Positions 9,116-16,937 of a DNA stretch of 16,937 nucleotides are shown here, piece by piece (position 1 is the stretch's first letter; every line of letters starts with the position of its first letter). The DNA is taken from positions 1 through 16,937 of the forward strand of contig NW_021825028.1 in assembly GCF_006345805.1 (NCBI RefSeq), given 5' to 3'. Position numbers and translations under genes: made by a program. This stretch comes from Octopus sinensis (Eukaryota). Below the pieces are notes generated by a model. It made no database searches. It was not told where the DNA came from and was given only the letters and a program-made list of their open reading frames with translations.

Positions 9116-9560
9116 GGATTTTTTTTCTGAAGATATGTTGGTGCTAATTATTGTACAAATGGTGGCGGTGGCGGTGATGATGAATGTACCCGTACGCCAC
9201 TGGTATTGGCAGTTATGTTGATGGTGGTAAAGGTTCTGAAAAGGGTGATGTTGATGGAGGTAATGGTGATGGTGGCGGTGGTGGTGATGGTGGTGATGGT
9301 CGTGGCGATGGTGGTGGTGGTTCTGGTGCTGCTGCTGCTGAAAATGGTGGTAGTGGTGGCGATGGTGGTCACAATGGTGATAGTGATGGTGATAATATGG
9401 TGGTGGTAGGGTTTATAATGGTATGCTAGTGCTAATAATGGCGGTGGCGATGGTGGATGCGGGTGTATACTCCGATGGTTATGGCGATGTGTGGTAGAAA
9501 ATTATGGCGACAGTGATGGTTTTGTAATGGCATGCCGATGTAACGGTGATGGTAGGGGTA
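9116..9560. repeat. Degenerate (GGT/GAT)n low-complexity tract
   Basis: Trinucleotide-dominated sequence. Confidence 0.85.
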
Positions 9561-9580
9561 GCATTACTGTTGTGCAGAAA

Positions 9581-9759
9581 CTGCCACTACGTTCTGAGTT
9601 CAAATTCCGCCGAGGTTGACTTTGCCTTTCATCCTTTCGGGGTCGATTAAATAAGTACCAGTTACGCACTGGGGTCGATATAATCGACTTAATCCGTTTG
9701 CTTTTCCTTGTTTGTCCCCTCTGTGTTTAGCCCCTTGTGGACAGTAAAGAAATAAGAAA
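9581..9759 (+). mobile_element. SINE family B, 5'-truncated
   Basis: Near-identical to 5069-5243. Confidence 0.88.
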
Positions 9760-9954
9760 CTGCAGATAGAATGAAAGACACTCCAAACGCGACAACTCCC
9801 CACTTCTTTCAAGAATAATGAACCCAAGACCTTAAATAACGTAAGGAGGAATTAGTTTATATTTTCTCGCATGATCTGTGATGACAGATAAGGACTATAA
9901 TTGGCTTCAATTGTAGTACTTCGGTGGATGAAGTTGTGATGCTAATGCTTGTGA

Positions 9955-10190
9955 TTGTTGTTGTTGTTGCTGTCGTTGGGTTCATTTAGCCCCAGGTCAG
10001 TCCAAATAGACCGATGATCAAAAGACATGCGAGCAGCTGTGACTATCCAATCTTGGTTTTAGATTTGGTGTATTCAAGACTGCAATGCCTCAGTTTGTCC
10101 TTCCTTATTTAAGATGGCAGTGTGTGATTTAAAGAAGATTTGGTTGCTATTTCTTTGAAGTTTGAGCGACAACGTATTACACTCCTGGGG
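9955..10190 (-). mobile_element. Unclassified retroposon 3' end with (AAC)n tail
   Basis: The minus strand ends ...CTGGGGCTAAATGAACCC followed by an (AAC)n run. Family assignment is by recollection only. Confidence 0.3.
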
Positions 10191-10295
10191 TTAAAATAGG
10201 ATGAACATGGGTGATGGTGGCGACGGTCGTAATGACAGAGCCAATACGATGATGATAATGATGACGACGGCGACGACGACGATGACAATGACGAT

Positions 10296-10403
10296 GAATA
10301 TTGGGGTCAATTTGTCTGACTAAAATTCTTCAAGGCAGTGCTCCAGCATGGCCGCAGAAGAAATAACTGACCGAAACAAGTAAAGGGGAAAAGATAAAAG
10401 ATG
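10296..10403 (+). mobile_element. SINE family A 3' tail fragment
   Basis: GGGGTCAATTTG...GGCAGTGCTCCAGCATGGCCGCAG...GAAACAAGTAAA matches the reverse complement of 6010-6105. Confidence 0.7.
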
Positions 10404-11300
10404 AAAACGACAGCGACAATTGCAATGATGATGATGATGATGATGATGATGAGCAACGATGATGTTCATGATGATGACGATGATGATGATGATGATGATG
10501 ATGATGAGCAATAATGATGTTCATGATGATGATGATGATGATGAGCAATGAGGATGATGATGAAGAACAATGATGATGATAAGCAACGATGATGATGCTG
10601 ACGATAAGCAATGATGATGATGGTGATGATGATGATAATAAGCAATGATGATGATGATGAGCAATGATGATAATGATGTTCATGATGACGACGACGACGA
10701 CGACGACGATGATGATGTTTATGATAATGATGATGACGACGACGATGATGACGACGACGAAGATGATGTTGGCGCTGGTGGTGGTAGTGATAATGATGAT
10801 GATGATGAGCAATGATGATGATGATGGTGATAAGCAACGATGATGATGCTGACGATGAGCAATGGGGATGTTGTTCATGATTATGATGATGATGATGATG
10901 ATGATGATAAGCAATGATGATGATGATGAGCAATGATGATAATGATGTTCATGATGATCACGATGATGATAATGATGATGATGATGATGAATACGACGAC
11001 GACGATGATGATGACGATGATGATGACGACGACGATGATGATGACGACGAAGATGATGTTGGCGCTAGTGGTAGTGGTGGTGGTGGTGATAATGATGATG
11101 CTGATGAGGAGGAGCAGGATGAGGATGAGGGGGAAGAGGAGGAAAAGGAGTATGGTAATGATGATTAAATTATCACGAAAATGGTAATGTCGATAATATT
11201 ACTGTGGTGGTAGTGGTGGTGGAGGTACTGGTGGTAGTAATAGCGGCAGAAATAAGACGATGAAGATGATGATGATGATGATGATGGTTGCATTGAATTC
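10404..11300. repeat. (GAT/GAC)n compound tract with GAGCAA/TAAGCAA spacers and an internal duplication of about 290 bp
   Basis: GAAGATGATGTTGGCGCT occurs near 10760 and 11050. GAGCAATGATGATAATGATGTTCATGATGA recurs. Confidence 0.9.
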
Positions 11301-11594
11301 GTGGTGGTGCTGCTGGTGGTATTTGTAGAAATGGTGGAAGTAGAAGTAATCGGATAATGGTTGATAATGGCGAAGATAATAGCAGAATTATCATGGAAAC
11401 AGAGATGTTGGCGCCGGTTGTGGTGATGATAAAGGCGGAAGTAATAGATTGATAATAACGATAATAATAAAAAAATAATCATAATTAAGGTAGTAATATA
11501 GCAGTAGTAGTAGTAGTAGTGGTAGTAGTAGTAGTAGTCCCCCTCATCCATACCCCTATGGCTAATAAAAGAAATCCACATAATTATCATTATT

Positions 11595-11714
11595 AGTTCA
11601 AATTCCACCGAGGTCGACTTTGCCTTTCATCCTTTCGGGTCGCGAAATTAAGTACCAGTGATCGACTAGTCCACCCTCCCCCAAGTTTCAGGCCTTGTGC
11701 CTTTAGTAGAAAGG

Positions 11715-11716
<2 letters not shown>
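11595..11716 (+). mobile_element. SINE family B, 5'-truncated, with (ATT)n tail
   Basis: AGTTCAAATTCCACCGAGGTCGACTTTGCCTTTCATCCTTTCGGG...AGAAAGGATTATT. Confidence 0.85.
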
Positions 11717-11748
<32 letters not shown>

Positions 11749-11782
11749 TATTATTATTATTATCATTATTATTATTATTATT

Positions 11783-12398
11783 CAGTAGTTTTTTTTATAG
11801 CGTGCTTTCACTTCACTACCGAGCGCAGCTCTGTGTGCCTTGGGTATGTGCTGAATTTGTTGTGATGCTCTGATGGTTATTGTATGGAAAGTGTTCTGCG
11901 TAGGATGTGTGCAGTGCCTAGTAGTGCAATTTTCTGTATGTTATATGTGTTTGTAAGTCCTGGTGTTTTTGTTATGTATTTGTCTGAATATTTTTTATCA
12001 TGCCTAATGCACCTACTATGATAGGAATTGTTTCTGTTTTCAGATTCCACATTCTAGTTACCTCTATTTCCAGGTCTTTGTATTTTGAGAGTTTCTCCAT
12101 TTCTTTTAGAGCACGTTGTCATCAGCCGGTATTGATACATCAATTAGAAAGCATTTTTTTCTTCATGATCTCTGACAACTATAGTGGTCTGCTGGCCTTA
12201 ATTTCTCTATCTGTGTGTATCGGCATATCCCAGAGTATGGTTGCTTTCTCGTTTTCTGTGACCTTTTCTGGTGTGTGCCTATACCATCTTTTTCTGTTGT
12301 TATTCCATAATGTTGGCATAGCTTCCAATGTATGTAGGTTCCAACTCTGTCATGTCTGTGAATATATCCTTCTAGCCAGGACTGGGCAGCTAGAGATA
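11783..12398 (-). mobile_element. 5'-truncated Dong/R4-clade non-LTR retrotransposon in a (TAA)n tract
   Basis: ORF remnant at 12398-11877, 3' UTR of about 94 bp, and (TTA)n on both flanks (11716-11782 and 12399-12475), consistent with the known TAA-repeat targeting of Dong elements. Confidence 0.85.
11877..12398 (-). pseudogene. C-terminal restriction-like endonuclease (RLE) domain of an R4/Dong ORF
   Basis: With five 1-bp frame corrections: SSCPVLA..YIHRHDRVGTYIHWKLC..ATILWDMPIHTDREIKASRP/IVVRDHEEKKCFLIDVSIPADDNV/LKEMEKLSKYKDLEIEVTRMW..IPIIVGALG..ALLGTAHILRRTLSIQ*. The RHD, RP(D), D and K..KY..L motifs are present. Confidence 0.88.
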
Positions 12399-12477
12399 TT
12401 TATTATATTATTATTATTATTATTATTATTATATTTTATTATATTATTATTATCTTATTATTATTATTATTATTTTA

Positions 12478-12686
12478 AGGCGGCGAGCTGGCAGAATCGT
12501 TAGCAAACCGGGCAAAATGCTTAGCAGTATTTCGTGCGTCTTCACTTTCTGACTTCAAATTCGGCCGATCGAATTTGCCTTTCAGTCCTTTCGAGATCGA
12601 TAAAATAAGTTGAGTACTGAGGTCAATGTAGTCGACCTAGCCCTTCCCCCTAAATTTCAGGCCTTGTCCCTATAGCAGAAAGGATT
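12478..12686 (+). mobile_element. SINE family B, full length, with (ATT)n tail
   Basis: AGGCGGCGAGCTGGCAGAATCGTTAGC head; central domain; AGAAAGGATT tail. Confidence 0.85.
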
Positions 12687-12698
12687 CTTATTATTATT

Positions 12699-13243
12699 GA
12701 ATGAGAGAACAGTGCATGTCACCAAAGTGGGATAAAATATACGGAGCCCAGTATACCCATCATGACTGCCCGTCTGTTAAGGTTACACCAGGCACAACGT
12801 CACAACCATATGTGCGCGACATGGTAGTTTCATATCAAAATAAACAGCGCATGACCTTACAGGTGGGGCCCAGTTAGAATTTTCTTTAGGTCGAGTAGCC
12901 CATCCTGCTCAAAAGGTCCCTGAATAAGGGTTGTTTAAGAATGTTGAACGAAACACCCACGTTTCCAAAGGCGAATTATTGAAACGCCAAGGACTTCCTC
13001 TCAACACATGGCTATGATATTCCCCTACTACTTCTGCTCATGGTCAGAGATGCACATATCGTCAGCCACCGAGGGACATGTTCAACCGGTTAAGATCAAA
13101 CAACTGACAAGCAAATCTGTGGTATTGAGCAGAATATTTGCTGTAGCCCATCTTTTATACCAAGACAAAACACGATACCACTTCCAAACAATTAAGATGA
13201 GAAGCCATGAGAGCCAGTTCCTGGTAATGCATCAGGGCATTTA
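12699..13243 (-). mobile_element. 545-bp non-coding element flanked by (TTA)n, unclassified
   Basis: Sharp boundaries against (TTA)n on both sides (12688-12698 and 13244-13270). No recognisable ORF or Pol III A/B boxes. The strand is inferred from the (TAA)n tail. Confidence 0.5.
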
Positions 13244-13282
13244 ATATTATTATTATTATTACTATTATTATTTTCATTATAC

Positions 13283-13480
13283 AGGGTGGCAAGCTGACAA
13301 AATGCTTAGTGGCATTTCGTCTGTCTTTATGTTCTGAGTTCCAATTCTGCTGAGTTCGACGTTGCATTTCAGCCTTTCGGGGTCGATAAAATAAGTACCA
13401 GTTGAGTACTGGGGCTCGATGTAATCGATTTACAACTTCCTCTGAAATTGCTGGCCTTGTGCAAAAATTTGAAACCATTT
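13283..13480 (+). mobile_element. SINE family B, diverged
   Basis: GGTGGCAAGCTG head remnant and CCTTTCGGGGTCGATAAAATAAGTACCAGTTGAGTACTGGGG. Confidence 0.8.
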
Positions 13481-13558
13481 TTATTAGTCGTAGTAGTAAT
13501 AGTTGTAGTGGTGGCGGTGGTGATGGTGGTGGTGGCAGCGGTGTGGTGGTGGTGGTGG

Positions 13559-13598
<40 letters not shown>

Positions 13599-13800
13599 AT
13601 AGTAGTGATGGTTGTGACTGTGTAATGAATTAGCTGAATGTGCCAAAGAGGAATGGTTTACGGATAGGAATCATCATTTTGGCAAGGAACTATTAATTGG
13701 CAACAGCTATTAGAAGGGAGCGGTGGTGATGGTGGCGGTGGGGCGATGGTGGTGGTAGTGGTGATGGTGGTGGTAGTGGTGATAGTGGTGGCAGTTGTGG
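13481..13800. repeat. (TAG/TGG)n low-complexity tracts
   Basis: Directly visible. Confidence 0.85.
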
Positions 13801-13871
13801 ACGGTGGGTTGATTTGGACACTATACCAGCTACAGAGATAAAGGGTGATGGTGAAGAAGTTAATTTTGCAA

Positions 13872-13967
13872 TAACGAGGTCCCGGGTTCGGGTATACTGT
13901 TGTTGCACGGTATCTTGGGGCAAATGTTGATTATGAGCCTTGTGAGTAAAAGTTGTGGATGGAAACT

Positions 13968-13968
<1 letters not shown>
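13872..13968 (+). mobile_element. Degenerate SINE family A head
   Basis: GGTCCCGGGTTCG...GGTATCTTGGGGCAAATG...GCCTTGTGAGT...GATGGAAACT aligns with the family A head. Confidence 0.55.

Positions 13969-14052
<84 letters not shown>
13969..14052. repeat. (TATC)n microsatellite
   Basis: Directly visible. Confidence 0.95.
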
Positions 14053-14055
<3 letters not shown>

Positions 14056-14241
14056 CCGAATCTATGGCGTGTATATAATCCCCACCTGGACGGGACGCCG
14101 GTCCATCGCAGGATTACTCAATTTTGCCAGCTGAGTGGACTGGAGCAACACACTGGAGCAACACACTGCCTGGTCCAGGAATGGAAACCACAATCTTACA
14201 ATCGTCAGTCCGACACTTTAACCAGTAAACCATGCTTCTCC
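14053..14241 (-). mobile_element. tRNA-derived SINE with CORE/V-like central motifs
   Basis: The minus strand has a tRNA-like head (TGGTTTACTGGTTAAAG...GGTTTCCATTCC), CACTCAGCTGGCAAAATTGAG and CCTGCGATGGACCGGCGTCCCGTCCAGG. Confidence 0.7.
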
Positions 14242-14640
14242 ACACACACATGCACATCCACATAGCAATCTGTGTATCATACTGAAAGTAGATACGCCTC
14301 TGAAAGCTTAATTAACTTTTGAGACTATTTTTTATGGGCGTGCAGAGTTAGAAGAAAAAACAAAAATATATCTGTAGCAGACAAAAATCGCTTAGCAGTG
14401 GTAGTGACATTACTAAATGCACATGTCTACCCCTTTCGGCTTCAGTACTAGCAAGCGCCCGCTTGCAACCGCCTGCTAAGGATAAAGAAAAAAATCCACC
14501 GTCACCAATAAAGTAAAGTGGTGATTGAAAAAAAACCAATGCTGCAATTGACCGACAATCTGAATATTCATTGCGTGCTACTAAAGCAGTATTAGTTTAA
14601 AATAGCAATCTCTGTACCATACTTAAAGCTGATATGGATG

Positions 14641-14678
14641 CGCTGTGTTCATACAATGAAGCCGAAACGCGTCTGGCG
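14641..14678 (+). ncRNA. 3' half of a decayed type I hammerhead
   Basis: TTCAT-ACA-ATGAA hairpin, then GCC GAAAC GC GTC TGGCG. Upstream CGC could pair with the terminal GCG. The CTGANGA core is disrupted. Confidence 0.35.
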
Positions 14679-15343
14679 TTCTTGTGAGTTACTGATGTGA
14701 CGATGTTTACCTCGCTTCGATGAATATTATTTCTAACACGACATGTCTATGAACTGATTCTATCTCAGACAAAACCCACAGGATCGAATCTTTCAATGCT
14801 GTATTTACATTTAGCATGATACTCACGTCCTAGGTATGATTTTAAATTGTATTCGGTAGTGGGGGCTTGATTCGGGATTTCCAGGGTTTTGAGCAACATG
14901 TAAGAACTTCTTAGCTACTATTCTTCTTAGATCTTTTCTAACTCGGAATAGCAGCACCTATCAGGAACCTAGCAATAAATCAATTAGGGCATAAGAGTTT
15001 ATCTACCTATGTATTTAATGACTGGATCGGGTGGACCGTTCATGGTTCAACAGCGTGAAAGGCGGATCAAGCAATGCATTGTGGTGTGCAGAGAGCAAGA
15101 TGAGGCAAGTTTAGATATCTTGGTCATCCACTGAAACCGTCTCCATTCCTAATCGTCTTGACCCTGGTCCTGCCATAGGACTAATGACGGTCGCGAATGA
15201 GAGAGGGTGAGGCTGACCGTTCGCAAGCCTTCTTCACTTTAAAAACGTCACTGCGCACAAGACTAGATGGCCCTCGTCGCTCCTATGGACGAACATAATG
15301 ATGATACAGAAACGACGAAGAAATCTATAGTTTTATAATCGTG

Positions 15344-15845
15344 TATATTACTGAGTGTGAGGGCGAATGAATGACCAGGAGGTGAGATCGTGGTTTCAGT
15401 TCCTGAGCTGGCTGGAACATTATGCTCTTGAGCAAAACACCTCATCCCACGTTGCTCTGCGATGACTTCGATGCCTGACGCTTACTACACCGTGTGCCTA
15501 TTCAGGCAACGTCGATTTTGATGGAGGAAGTGAACTAATGTACAGCAAATGCATTTGATCATTATAGACATTATATTACTGAGTATGAGGGCGAACGGTC
15601 AGGAGGCGAGATCGTGGTTTCAATTCCCGAGCAGGGTAGTACATTGTGTTCTTCAGCAAAGAACCTCATCTCGTAAAGTTCTGCGATCATTTCAACAGCT
15701 GACGCTTGGTAGACCGCGCGCCTGTTCAGGCAACGTCGATTTAATGGAAAGAGTGGGTTAATTTACAACAAATGCATTTGATCACTATAAACAACTGTGT
15801 ACAAAGCCGTCGATCTCGGACTATAAGAGACTATTATCATAGTCC
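15344..15845 (+). mobile_element. Head-to-tail dimer of a tRNA-derived SINE (units start at 15344 and 15572)
   Basis: 228-bp period. Shared TATATTACTGAGT(G/A)TGAGGGCGAA...GAGATCGTGGTTTCA.TTCC.GAGC...TTCAGGCAACGTCGATTT...AAATGCATTTGATCA.TATA. Confidence 0.75.
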
Positions 15846-16221
15846 TTGTATAAACATCTCATGCTTAATCATGTGATAATTCGTAACACCACTTGAACCA
15901 CCCACTCGTGTTCTCTTCTCTCTTGTTCCGGCTGTGATCTCACCTGTACTCTTTATCACTAAGTTTTCGTGTTTTTCATTGGATGAAGAAAATTTGGCAT
16001 TAGATGTGGCGCCCCCGCTTTTCAGCATCCCCAGGCGGTCGCCTCGATTGCGCAATGCGTAACGACGGCCTGGGCATGAATTTCCTTTTTGTTTGTTATC
16101 ATCAGTGTGCCATGAATTGTATGAGTTTATGAACCACTGACATAGATAAAGAGATAGACTGGTAGGTAGATAGATTGATAGTAAGCCAGCTATATTATAT
16201 AACTATATAGGAAAAATGGAT

Positions 16222-16290
16222 GTGTATGTATGTATGTATGTATGTATGTATGTATGTATGTATGTATGTATGTATGTATGTATATAAGTG

Positions 16291-16360
<70 letters not shown>
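16222..16360. repeat. (TATG)n-(TA)n-(TG)n compound microsatellite
   Basis: Directly visible. Confidence 0.95.
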
Positions 16361-16615
16361 TGGAGGCGCAATGGCCCAGTGGTTAGGGCAGCGGACTCGC
16401 TGTCGTAGGATCGCGGTTTCGATTCCCAGACCAGGCGTTGTGAGTGTTTATTGAGCAAAAAACACCTAAAGCTCCACGAGGCTCTCTTTCTTCTGTAGGC
16501 CTACTCGCTTAGCCAGCGGAGTGGCGTCATTTGAAGGCTAAAACAATGCGAAGCGCATTGTGACCAGCGATGTGTAGCAACATCTGATAGCCTGGTCGGT
16601 CATGTGATCACGTGA
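16361..16615 (+). mobile_element. tRNA-derived SINE with clear A and B boxes
   Basis: A box TGGCCCAGTGG (16372-16382), B box GGTTTCGATTCC, 3' end GTCATGTGATCACGTGATA running into (TA)n. Confidence 0.8.
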
Positions 16616-16795
16616 TATATATATATATATATATATTATATACATACATACATACGCACACATACATACGTACATACATACATACTCACACGCACACATA
16701 ACCCCCCCCCCACACACACATAACACAAATAGTGAGGAATTATCAATCCGGGCAAAATACTTCATAAGGTCAAGAATTTACATGTAATGACCAAT

Positions 16796-16816
16796 GTATG
16801 TATATACATACATACA

Positions 16817-16847
<31 letters not shown>

Positions 16848-16870
16848 TATATATATATATATATATATAT
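16796..16870. repeat. (TACA)n-(TA)n microsatellite
   Basis: Directly visible. Confidence 0.95.
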
Positions 16871-16903
16871 ACTTTATTTAAAGCAGCAGAAAATTCAACA
16901 AAA

Positions 16904-16937
16904 ATCTTTACTCTGAGTTTCTCGTTGCCGTTCATCA
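16904..16937 (-). ncRNA. Minimal type I hammerhead ribozyme cut by the window edge
   Basis: The minus strand reads [C]TGATGA A-CG-GCAA-CG-A GAA ACTC-A-GAGT A AAGAT: canonical core lacking only C3, GNRA-capped stem II, quasi-palindromic stem III and a GUA triplet (16911-16909). Confidence 0.65.

Noticed and set aside
8491-9429. His/Pro/Thr/Gly/Val-rich ORFs
   Set aside because: Open in several frames on both strands because of GGT/GAT repeats. No domain or splice evidence.
10320-11608. Poly-Asp, poly-His, poly-Ile and poly-Ser ORFs, including the acidic 10914-11168 ORF
   Set aside because: Translations of a (GAT)n microsatellite. An acidic biomineralisation-type protein was considered, but there is no signal peptide or unique sequence.
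12119-12125. CTGATGA on the minus strand
   Set aside because: Lies in Dong coding sequence (ADD). No stem II before the next GAAA.
12000-12503. 167-aa plus-strand ORF
   Set aside because: It is antisense to the Dong RLE remnant and runs into (TTA)n.
13170-13243. Search for an HDV-like ribozyme at the presumed 5' end of the 545-bp element
   Set aside because: Only simple hairpins were found. P1/P2/P3 could not be placed in the required order and spacing.
14140-14168. Perfect 13-bp tandem duplication CTGGAGCAACACA inside a SINE
   Set aside because: An ordinary replication-slippage or repair scar.
15187-15224. ACGGTC/GACCGT and GCGAA/TTCGC as an H-type pseudoknot
   Set aside because: Loops 1 and 3 would be zero length and the helices share a base, so they cannot form together.
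15985-16072. GC-rich patch ending GACGGCCTG, possibly a DNA-transposon terminus
   Set aside because: No matching opposite TIR or TSD was found in the window.
16099-16105. CTGATGA on the minus strand followed by GAAA
   Set aside because: The intervening TAACAAACAAAAAG cannot form stem II, and there is no stem III or stem I.
16361-16440. tRNA-like sequence (also the heads of SINE families A and B)
   Set aside because: A and B boxes are present, but there is no complete cloverleaf or acceptor stem and the sequence continues into SINE bodies. These are not tRNA genes.

Overview
Eukaryotic, non-genic, repeat-saturated DNA. The SINE and transposon repertoire points to a cephalopod, probably Octopus; this is inference from family recognition, not a database hit. 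No host protein-coding exon is supported, and most ORFs in the track are microsatellite or antisense artefacts. The window holds a full-length decayed Tc1 (DD34E) transposon with TIRs and TA TSDs (2534-4040), mariner-type MITEs, and the 3' end of a Dong/R4-type RLE retrotransposon inserted in (TAA)n. It also holds a CR1/L2-like LINE 3' end, about 15 tRNA-derived SINE copies or fragments from several families, minisatellites and many microsatellites. The main signal not explained by standard annotation is a set of self-cleaving-ribozyme motifs. Type I hammerhead folds from several unrelated short elements occur at 7474-7520 (+), 1549-1586 (-) and 16904-16937 (-), with decayed relatives at 91-144, 905-945 and 14641-14678. 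Most lie about 40-105 nt upstream of a (TA)n tract, as expected for non-autonomous Penelope-like or retrozyme-like elements. A partial HDV-like fold lies at 15120-15191. All folds were assigned by eye and none is shown to be active.
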